This document shows positions 1-37,492 of a stretch of 64,000 nt of DNA, in pieces (position 1 is the first letter of the stretch; every line of letters starts with the position of its first letter). Location of the stretch: the NCBI GenBank assembly GCA_002633005.1, contig NMRA01000652.1, positions 76,597-140,596 on the forward strand, given 5' to 3'. The translations under genes were made by a program, and so were the position numbers. This DNA is from Phoronis australis (Eukaryota; Animalia; Phoronida). The notes beneath the pieces were generated by a model, which saw only the letters and a program-made list of their open reading frames with translations, searched no databases and was not told where the DNA came from.

Positions 1-290
1 TACGTGCCTACATACCAAATTTCATGAAAATCCGTTCAGGACTTTTGAAGATACAAAGGTAAGCGTAAAAAACTAAAATTGCCACTAGGGGGCACACCGG
101 TAGTCGGATCCGTCCAAAAGTTCGCACATGCCGTCCCATTCATGAATGGAACGTATGTGCCAAATTTCATGAACGTATGTCAAAGGGTTTTGGAGATAGA
201 GCAGCGGACGCCGGACGCCGCCCGGACGGACGGACAGAGATGACAGCATAATGCGTCCACATATAAATATGTGGGCGCATAAAAATTGCA
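1..290 (+). repeat. Interspersed repeat with CCAAATTTCA core and (GACG)n tract, Helentron/HINE-like non-autonomous element
   Basis: Two CCAAATTTCATGAA units (about 16 and 160) followed by GGACGGACGGACAG. Related copies at about 2730-2800 (+) and 9140-9410 (-). Family assignment is by resemblance only. Confidence 0.5.
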
Positions 291-517
291 AATTTGAAAA
301 TGGCGCGTGTATGCATTGCCTGCGACTTGAGTTGATATCAGAATTGGAATCCTATCACAGCCAGGAATATCCTGTGACTGAATTGATGAGACTGAAAAGT
401 CCTAATTTGATTTTCGTTTTTTAACCAGCTGAAAAGGGAGAAATAAAGCTTTCAAGTTCCATTTACAAGATCACTGACATTCGATCAAGACTCCTGATTC
501 CACAATCCTTCCCTTAC

Positions 518-3500
518 CATTTGGAAAATGTATTGGAGCAGGTCCACAGAACATCACTGAGGGAGAAGTCGGCACTGTGGCCATATTTCTGGCCGAACGT
601 TGAGCTGTTCACGTCTGCAAAAAACAAAAAGCGTCACGCTAAAGCTCTAAATATCGCAACAATAAAAACAAGTGCCACGAACCTAATTTTGTGCGAATTT
701 CACTAGATCATGCGATTCTTTACATAATGCCAAACTGTTGAAATTTTAAGAAGCGTCATAAAAAATCCAGTTATGAAATAAGACAGGTTAGCATTTCCTC
801 TTTACTGTGTTTATACTGAAGTTGCAACGAAGCTTACAGGTGTTATTTTTGGCTCATTAAACAGCTCCATTCTTATTCTACCTTTTTCGAAGTTGGCCAT
901 TTTTTGACTCGCCAAAGAACTGATCAACATAGCATTTATACTATACCATCACAAATTCTGCCACTAGTTTACATGTCTGTGTCATTCAATATTCAAGTTT
1001 GCAGTGGTCTCTGATGGTGTTTCAACAGTTAACCACTAGTACCCAGAGCCTACAGGCTCCCAGGACCCAGCGGTGTTTAACATACCTTTCAACAAAGTGT
1101 CGAGTGCCAGAACTTCATCTGCACCAGAATGCCCAAGATCTTGGAACACAAAGATGTTCTTAAAGTCACTGTTATTCTTTGACTTTTCCTGCAACAGTAG
1201 GAAAGCAACTGCTAAGAGTTATTCATTAACTAAAATCTGCATCTTTAAAATTGCAGCACCTTCATTGTTTATCACTGAAACGAGACACCATAGTATGAGT
1301 TTTCACACACTTTTGATTTTTGCCAGAAACACATTGGTGTCATTGGCATTTGACTGGCAATGTTTCTGAGTAATTTTGAATAATATTGTAACCGTCTCAT
1401 TCGGCAAAATTGGGTCCAGCAACTATAATAGAAGAGCCATTTTACAGAAATCATACATTATGATAATGCAACAAATTAACATAAACTTTGTACACTCTTC
1501 AGAGAGACCACAATTTCTCAGAATCATTGTTTGACAGCAGCTATGGCAGCTTGACATTCATGAAAAATAAAGAAATGATATGTTGCGTCCTAAACTTTTG
1601 AGATTTTACCGTAATTTTGCTCACAGCAGAAGAAACAGCTCAAGTTAAAGACTTAGGAAGTGAACTGTGAAGTTCGCAATACATTATACTTGGTGCACGG
1701 TGAACATTACAGGCAATATTCCTGTCAAACTTTCCCCGTCTTTAAACTACTGTAGATAACAATAGGGGAGATAAGTCTCATTTATTGTCAGCGTGTCAGC
1801 AGCATTGCATCAAAGCAAAATAGCTTTCAAAAGTCTATGAATTATTTATGGTAAAATGTCATTGATTTTGAAAACAATTTGGCAATAATTAACAGATATG
1901 GCATACGGAGCACCAAACTGTAAAATGCCTTTAACATTTGATGAGGTTTAATAAGCTCTCAAAGAGAACATTAGCAAACCGTTGCAAAGAAGACAATCCC
2001 AATCAAATCTCTCTCGCTTGAGATGATTTTCTCTTTCATCACATTCTGGCAACACTGAAAAACAAACATATATGTTTTTCATCAAACGAGTAAAACAATA
2101 TAAACTATTTACAATACAAATAAAACACAAATCAATTTTAATTCAAGCACTGCTCTTGCTTGCCCTTTGAGGGAGTGCAAAGGCCAAAATCTTTCTTCTT
2201 ATTTTTTATCGAACTTAGTGTGGCGAAATGACTGAAAATAGATTTAGGGAAGAACATTGCTCACAGATCCTTTTAAGGTCTGTAACAAGTGTAACTTGCA
2301 TCAAATCACAAATTTCTGTAATAATTGGGCCAAAGAAGCATACTACTTTGCTGTGAATATAGAGTAGTGAGTCAGTTGCAATTTTTTGTTTTTCAGAACA
2401 AATTTTGAACCAAAATGATCCGCTGCGAGTCACCAACCCATAACCCATACATACCGTGACGTGGTGGTGGGGAATAAAAACATATGACACTGAATGCGTA
2501 TACCCATCAGGAATGTCATTAGGACAAAGGTCATCCACTTGGAGATTTTTTTGTTTGAAACTACATTTACAAATTATCTGTGTTCACAACTGCAGCTTGA
2601 TTAGCATAGGACAATTGTGTTAACATAGCATTTTATGGTTTAGTTCCAGCTATACCTCAACATAGGAGCATGTAAATATTCCTCTGCTTTCGTGTGTCAT
2701 CGCAACCTGTTTGAATGGCCATACACCCTTGTGCCAAGTTTTATCAAAAATTTGACCAGGGGTTTTTGAGATATCGAGCAGACACCGAACAGACGGACAC
2801 TAAGACAAAGTGAGGACAATACAATACCATACGCATACACATTCAAGTGCATACGCGCACATACCTATATGGGCGTATGAAAAAGTTAAATGAGCAAAAG
2901 TTGTTTTTTGGTCTGCACTGCTGTGCAAACAGTATCTAAGTACATCAGAAGTCAGAGTTATGACATGTGACTTCTGGTTTACAAAGTCTTCCTATCTCTT
3001 GCCGAGTGGCAATTGGCTGAACAACTCTCACACGTGCGATCCTTGCAAGAATCAGTGTCGGCAAAATTAACTACATTGGGGTTCAACTGACACGGGGATG
3101 CGATGCTGAGGGCAAATTCTAAGATACTAAAGTGTTGCTGAGATCTGCAGCCAGTATTGCTGTAGGGGGACAAGTATTGTGATGCGTGACTTCCACGGAA
3201 TGGGGACAAGTATTGCGACACGTGACTTACGGGTGTGACGTACAGCTAGATATAGCCTCTTTTAATTGCTTGCCAACTGGCAATTCCCTCTTGGCTGAAC
3301 AGTTTAAACGCTTGGCTGTCACATGTGCAACCTTGGTTCATAGTCTCACTGTCAACAAAATGTTCAACATGTGCACTCAAGAAAGAGCAACTGCAGGTCA
3401 TTGTACAATAGCATAATAGAGATCATCAGCTGCTGCACACTTCTGCCATTTGTTTGCATTAGTGCACTTCCGACCGTGGGGGTTTTTAGTTGTAATATAG

Positions 3501-3860
3501 TTATATGGTGAACACTGTCCTAAACTAAAGTAAACTCATACATTCAGTTTGTAAGCACATTTACTCACCTGAATGCACAGCTCCATATTACTGGATTCGC
3601 CCTGCTTCTCAAACATAAGTTGTGAACAATCAATTAGAAAAATGTGTCCATCTCTTTCTGCCCAGAACGCCTGAAATAGATAAACATAAACTTAAGCGTC
3701 AAATCCGGAACAGTCTACACCTCACAGCACAATTTGGCTGATTCATGCATGGGTTATCGTCATTATGTACCTTGTTGGAACTAGCTTCCTCGTCATTGTC
3801 ATCATCTTCCATACCGCCACCGAACTGATCAGCCCACGACCAGCCCAGTTGGTTAGCCAT
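518..3860 (-). CDS. XRCC6: Ku70 / XRCC6 (NHEJ DNA end-binding subunit), first five coding exons; gene continues beyond the left edge
   Basis: Manually spliced minus-strand exons 3860-3771, 3670-3569, 2054-1980, 1188-1086, 614-518, all GT-AG with consistent phases. Translation: MANQLGWSWADQFGGGMEDDDNDEEASSNK / AFWAERDGHIFLIDCSQLMFEKQGESSNMELCIQ / CCQNVMKEKIISSERDLIGIVFFAT / EKSKNNSDFKNIFVFQDLGHSGADEVLALDTLLK / DVNSSTFGQKYGHSADFSLSDVLWTCSNTFSK. This matches the acidic N-terminus and vWA domain of Ku70 (RDxxIFLxD, KIISSxRDL, FKNIxVxQ, SLSxVLWxC). Missed by the ORF track. Confidence 0.93.
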
Positions 3861-4215
3861 TGCACTGATCTGGCAAAAATCCTTCCTTATTCCCGCAAGG
3901 TAAACAGTGTTTACCTTCCGACTTTGCAGCGAGCGTGCCAGAGCCGGTCAAGTAGAAGCGATCAGCTGACACGTTTAACAACAAAAATATATATACAAAC
4001 TGTTATCCACACATGAAACAACAAATAGGCACAAATAGTTTTTTTGGGGTTCACTGAATTCTTTCATAAACAGAAATTGAATATTTTTGGTGTTCTTTAG
4101 TATCTGTGGCTTTGAAATAATTCCACTCATCCCGCTTTGAGCATGCGCATTAAAGACTTCGCGGTGTGAATGTTTTGCAAGCTTTCTGAAGAATTTCAGC
4201 TAAAAGTTTGCAACC
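3861..4215. promoter_or_regulatory. Putative bidirectional promoter / 5' UTR region shared by XRCC6 and DDB1
   Basis: Only 355 bp separate the divergent ATGs (3860 minus, 4216 plus). TGAGCATGCGCA at 4138-4149 is one mismatch from the NRF1/Ewg palindrome. Transcription start sites cannot be seen. Confidence 0.65.
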
Positions 4216-31068
<26,853 letters not shown>

Positions 31069-31654
31069 CACTTCTCGTGCGCTGTGCTGGCGAGCGTAAG
31101 AATTTCAGGTCGCTGTGTTCGGAAGTCCATTGCCATCACCTGCACTTTTCTTTATTCTCGTCTCGAATGTCGAGCTTGTCATTGTTTCACGAGAGTGGTG
31201 GGCAAGATTCTTTGATGGTGGGCAGCAGATGATGTCAGAAGGAGGCTGCCTTTCTGTGAACGGCTCGTTCTCTTCCTTCTGCTTCTGGTTATTCACTGCA
31301 AAGGTATTGGTCTTTGTCGTGAAAAAGTTGGAGATTTACTTTGTTACTTGCACAGTTGAGTATGTGGCAAAGATGCTCTGAAGACACGTAGCGTTGGCGT
31401 CACTAATTGAACATTCAGTAAGGAGGTAGAAGGACACACTGCACGGCTGCCGTACTTTCCAACACGTCCAGGAATGATTTCAGCTTTCTTGGAAGTCAGA
31501 ATGGCCACTGAGTGTGCAGTTAGGGAAACTTTTTGTACAGACCTGCAAAGTGAAAGCACTTTTTTTTGAATAAATGCTCGTTTCATACGCGAATAGCGTG
31601 TAATATTCTGCAAACTAAGGCAATTGGTCAGACCAGATCCAAACAGCGCCCAAA

Positions 31655-32089
31655 TTGAGAACGGTAAAAACTTTTCAAAATGCTTTTGAGGCTGAACTGT
31701 GCATTAAGCTTCCACTTAACAAATCTTTACGATCATTTGTTGCTCAATTTCGCTGCGGAATCCTTCCTCTTAGAGTAGAAACTGGGTGCATTATAGGCTT
31801 ATCCGTGGAGGACAGAATCTGTGAGATATGTCACTCAGGAGAAGTTGAGGATGAGTTTCATTTTTTGTTTCATTGCCGTGTATATGGCAATATCGGAGAA
31901 AAAATGTTTGATGATTTTCACACTACATTTAGCCTAGAGCACAAATCATTCTTGATCAGGGAGTTTTACTGTCTCATGTTTGCTAATGAAAGTACTATAC
32001 GTTCTCGAGCTCTTGGTCATTGTTTAGCTAAATATCTCAGGGATGCCTTTTCATTTCGGAAATTAAATTTGTGCTCTACTGTTTCATAA
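31655..32089 (+). mobile_element. 3' fragment of a non-LTR retrotransposon (LINE ORF2 C-terminal Cys/His region)
   Basis: AQFRCGILPLRVETG...EDRICEICHSGEVEDEFHFLFHC is the typical C-terminal CCHC-type region downstream of a LINE reverse transcriptase. It lies just 3' of DDB1. Confidence 0.8.
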
Positions 32090-35000
32090 CTAACTTTACC
32101 ATTTCCAGGGACATTCTTGGGCTGTGTTTTTTGTGCCATTACCGCATAAAAAAATAAAAAGTTGCATGTTACAGCAGTGCGCCCCCTGGCTGCATCTTTT
32201 AAAACACAACACTCATTCAAAACTGCAAGATTCTAGTCAACTTTAGTACAGCCAGTCAGGTAAATCACGACTGTTCTTGCTGTATTTCGATTGCCATTGG
32301 GGTTTCTGTTTCATGATATGCTAGGCCGCAACTTTTTGAAAAAGGGCACACATTTTGTCACATGGTGCGCCCAAAGGGCACTGGTTCAAAACTGGTCAAG
32401 AATATCCCTGCATTTCCTGTTGCTGTTATTTGAGTGGCAGGTCTCACAGATTCTTTCATGTTCTCCCGCGTTTGTCCATGCTGTTATTAATTAAATATCC
32501 GTGTAACTGCTATAGTATTGTAGGCTCAATACTTAAAATAAAGATTCGTTCATTCATTCACATTTTGAAATTGGTCTCAAATTGTTCTTTAGTCAAATTA
32601 GAGGTGATTCCAGGGCTTGAAAATAACCTACAGTTATTGCCAGGCTCTACAAGTTGGCTTATAAGGGCATGATATGCCAAACTTGTCCTCAAGAAAGAAC
32701 CAACTGTCAGATCTTTGCAAACCCAAGAATCACTTCTCATCTGAGTAAAGAACAAGTTGGTCCAATTTTATAGCGGCACCTAGTGGTCTCAATCAAAAGC
32801 TCGCCTCTTAAACTGAACTCTTGTTCATAGAAATCTTTTCTCACCTGAGTAAAGAACAAATCAAGGCAAATTTATAACAGTGAGTGATGTAAATTAAGAT
32901 TTGGTTCTTGGACGGATTCTGGTTTGTAGCGGCACCTAGTGGTGAGTGCTCCAAATCAAAAGTTGATTCTTGGATGGATTCTGGTTTGTAGCCATTTAAG
33001 TTCTGCCTTTCACATCTTTTAATGTGAATTTCAACATACACTTTTTTGAAAACCACAACAGCAAAAATTGATACAGAGATGATTGCAAGTGAATAGCATA
33101 TGGATCGAAAATAGTTTAAAAATACATTTAGAAAAGTGCCCTCTCCTGCTACCATTGTAGGTATTTAACACAAAATAGATTTACAGTTGGTAAACTATTG
33201 TCCCTTGGCAGATGTTGCGTTTGTAAACTCTGTGTCTTGTCCAGTCAATCCATTGCTCCCTATGCCTGGAAATTTACACACATTTTACCTTCAGTTTTTT
33301 CTGGAGGCTCCGATTATCACTTTATCCTTATTGCTGGTGAGAGTCCATGCCTGGTGTTGTACATAAAGATATCTTACATGTTACCTACTGTATTGTTGAA
33401 CTTGTTTTGATAATAAAATTACAGACTTTATTATAATTATTGTTGTGTTGGAGGTATGCTTTTGGCTTTTATGAGCAGGTCTCCTCGTTATAAAGATTTA
33501 TTGAAAGAAAAAGTAAAAGATAAACTAGACTCCAGTTAAATACAAAAGACTTGAATTTGCGATAAAATAAGTCGCCATTTTATAATAATCGGTTTCATTT
33601 TGTCTGTGTATCTCTGGTCTTTGCCATAGGCAGCTTATCGTTCCTTTGTGAAAGCTATCAATGTTAAAGTTATCAACATATTTGTTGAATTCTCAATCGA
33701 AGCGCTTTGGTATTGAAAAAAACACACTCATTTGATCTTGGATTGCTGTCAAGGAGAACAACGTTTACCAAGAGGGCAAGATTTTCCAAGCTTGGACTTC
33801 AATAATGAAAAAGGTGACTGGCCCAACAAACTTATTCAATATTTTTGACAACATGATTTACATTACTATCATTGTTGAGCAACCTTGTTCAAGCTTGCTG
33901 AGCAAAGTTTGTAAGGTAGCAAAGAAATACAAGGTTAGAGAAAACTGCAAAGATATGTCTCGACAAGCTTATGCTTGTACATCAGTTAGATAAGTACATA
34001 CTAGCTTTGTCTTGTTTCAGGAGCTGGATGGGAAAGTCATTGTTAATATCTTTTAGACATGGACCAAAACCGTGTTTAGTGAGCCCTATCTAAGTTAATA
34101 TATTGTCGTCATCTGTGTCCTGGCGCTCGATGGAAACTGATTCATAAAACGAGCTTCGAGCTCGCTCACGACCTTCACACCCACCGACATTGAATAAATA
34201 CAGTCGCGGAAGACTAAGTGTTTAACACTATCGGGTGATTTGTAGTCGCTTTAAGAAGCTGCTTTAAACTTGTGTTCCATCTCTCAAAAACGAACTTTTT
34301 AGACCACTTATCTCCATAAAAGTGGTCCTCGGATAATCCTTACTAAGATGCTAATTTCTGTGTTTGCTAAGAACTTACAATAAGTTATTGGTTTAGACTA
34401 TGCTCGGAGCATCAAATGACCCCATAGACTATAATCTATGACTCGCAGTGACAAGCCAACTTGTAGAGCCTGATCTCTGGCAATTATGAATTATAACATT
34501 ACTATAGCTCTTTTGAAGTCCTAATGTCATTTCCAAAAATGAATAAGGAACAATTTTTACCCTATTTCGTAATGGCAAGTGTCCGAAGTCGACGGCTGCT
34601 TTTGTATGTAGCCACTTCAGCTGAACAATACTCCGTTAGAAGACACTTGTCGAACAGCACTGTTATGTCGTATCTCACAACGACTGATTTTTTCGAACAG
34701 CTCATATTATGGAAAATTCCATGCTTGATTTACTACTTATCTTGGAACATTGGTTCTTCAGAAAATATTTTATTATAATTTCTATTGAACTTTCGAGATA
34801 ACCTTGACCAACTCCAACTCAGCTACAACTCGACATGTTTCAAGGCTCATTATAAGTCAGTGACCATAATGTTGCGATATATCATTCCTAACGTCTTGCA
34901 TATTTATTTGCTCAGTGAGAAGCGCTCGTACCATGGCTATGCTCAACAATTACTCCCATCGGATTAACTTGGATTTTGATAATTTAAAGCAGTGGATTCA

Positions 35001-36010
35001 CTTGACTGACTCCGCCATGCCGTATCGAACGGCTGAGGCTTTCGATTCCAGCGAGTGCGAGCCGAGAACAAATCAGACGTCTTCGTAGATTGAACGGGCA
35101 GAGTCAGTCTGATGCAGTCAAACCTTTTCTAGCCGATTCTCACTGATCATGCACGCACCCAGGGGGTGGGGTGGGGCTCGAAGGAGCCCCCCCCCCCGCA
35201 TTTTGCGAAGTGGGCAAGACATCCGCCTCAGAGACACAAAAACTCCGAAAAAAGTAGAAAACGAGACATAAGTCCAGTAAAAAGCAGAAACTGTCAAAAT
35301 TCTGCGAATGCACAATTCATAATTCTGAACATACCCCTGAATCTAATTAATATCATAGGCGGATTTAGGGGGGCTCGCCCCCCCCCCTTGGCTGCCGCAA
35401 AAAAATAAAACAGCAAGAGCGTAGGGAAATGTTGAGTTTATTAATTAACCCGGGTAATAAAAATTATACGGATGACAAAGATATAAATGTGTGCAGTTTT
35501 AGTGTTTGGGGGGGCTCTGATCCAATTTCAAATGTCAAATACGGAACACGGTGCAATCGCAACGGAACTATGACTAAGTTTAGGCTCTCCCGCGATATCC
35601 CAGGCGACCGGCAGTGGCGCTGCGCACTACGTTTCCGTCGTCTGCTTCACTGTGCAATGAACAAAATTCACTTCATTTTTTAAAGAAACTGGAACCTGAT
35701 TGACGATGAAAAAACAGAAGCTGCTGGTAAGATGTGAATTTTAATCGAAGCCTTAGTGAATCACTCAGAAACTCATAATTCTCTCTTTGTCAAACCTTAA
35801 CTTAAGACGATTTCCAAAGCAATCCCGTCATTATTGCCAACACGAAAAACGGATTTGGTCTATTGGGCATTTGAAAACTATTTTAAATACAACAAATTTG
35901 TTACGAACAGAGTGCACAAAATATAAAACGTGTAATAAGCACAAAAAGAGGTAGGTTTCGCGCGCAAACGCTGTGGACCATAAACAAGTAGGTCTCTTGG
36001 TATCAGATTT

Positions 36011-36084
36011 GGAGTGGTGGTGTAGTGGTAAAGCACGCGCGCTCTATTCGCCAGGTCCTGAGTTCGAGTCTGAGGTAGGTGCAG
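36011..36084 (+). repeat. tRNA-derived sequence (SINE head or tRNA pseudogene)
   Basis: A box TGGTGTAGTGG (36018-36028) and B box GAGTTCGAGTC (36060-36070) at tRNA spacing. Acceptor and anticodon stems do not pair convincingly. Confidence 0.55.
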
Positions 36085-36751
36085 TTTTTCCTGTTTGACA
36101 CGTTTTCCTTTTTTGCCTTTTTTCCTTGGATAATACTTCAGGAATCGAGGAAAATGCTTGATTTTTAGCGGAAAAACAAAAAAAATCCTGGGCGGGAGGG
36201 GGCAAACCTCCCTCCATTCGGTACTATGCGCATCTACAATCGTGGGTGGCGCAAATGCATACAGAAAAAATGTTACCCCCCCTTGTGATATCCTAGATCC
36301 GCCATTGAATATGTCCACATTCTCAAAAATTCGAGCCCTCTATTTTTTAGGCTCGATGCGCGCATGCTGATGGCTTAATGGTTATGATTTCCTTTTTTAT
36401 CAGTTCCCAGCAAAAAGGCAATGAGAAGCAAGTTTGAAATAAATTCAGTGATTTGTCAAATGATGACTGAAAACCAAATCCCACATCACTTTTGCTCTTC
36501 TCGGGTGAATTTTCTTATTTTGAAAATATGATCATCTAAAAGTACTGCTCCATCCACCAACCCGATTTTCAAAAATGACCAGAACCAATTATGCTTTTGG
36601 CCTTATCCGACTAAGTCCTCGCTGAGTCCAGAGATAAGAGGGAATACGTCGGACTCTGAAGTTCTAAAGTTCGACCTCAATTTGGTTTTCCACGTGCTGG
36701 GCGACAGACTTAACAAGAGGCTATGCAATAAGATGACGATTTTGTCCTACT

Positions 36752-37072
36752 CAGTGGCGGATTTAGGGGGGGCCAATGGAGCCATGCCCCCCCTAAAATT
36801 CTACCAGATATCATTTGGGAGTTCGGGTGCGCGCAAGCAGGGGCTCGTCGGGGGTGAATAAACAACGCATAGGCTCTGAACAAACTGAACAATCCCCGTT
36901 TACCGTTTTTTTTAGTCAACAGGTCCGCAACCCCAAACATTCGAAGCCTCTGCGTCCCCACATTTTAGGCTGAGCGCGCGCATCTGTCGAAATTCTGGTT
37001 ATTCCCGTGCCCTGCCCCCCAACTCAAAATCCTGGATCNCCCCCCCAACTCAAAATCCTGGATCCGCCCCTG
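36752..37072. mobile_element. MITE with CAGTGGCGGAT...ATCCGCCCCTG termini
   Basis: Imperfect short TIRs with internal G/C runs. Similar ends occur near 10405, 35355, 36295-36307 and 40049-40402. No TSD found. Confidence 0.55.
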
Positions 37073-37492
37073 CCACTTCCCCTGCTTCGTTGGGAAATTG
37101 TCAAGTGGGCATTTTTGGCGCTTTTGCAATATTTTACTACGTTCCGCAGACGCAATAATTTTCGTTAGTGAAGCGATCGCGTGCTTTATATTGCATCCCG
37201 ACAACTCTCGAAGTCTTGCATTTTCGAATTTCTTGAGTCTACGTTGCACACGAGCGTAATCTCGAGTAGCAAAAACTCAGCTCTTTACCTATTTAAGGCT
37301 TGGTTAGTTACCGACAAAATCCCGAGCACTCACCGCCGTACGACTAGTTCTTCATTGTAACCCCAGAACAAAAGAAAACGTTGAAGACAGTCTCATAGTG
37401 GCAAGTGCTCGCATTAAAAGTTTGGCTTCGTTGAAGGAATGGATTTATTGTAGCCAACAGGGTTGGTTTACTGACTAGATTTGTAGCTGCCT

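Noticed and set aside
36011-36084. Functional tRNA gene
   Set aside because: A and B boxes are present but I could not build a convincing cloverleaf; treated as tRNA-derived. tRNAscan-SE would decide.
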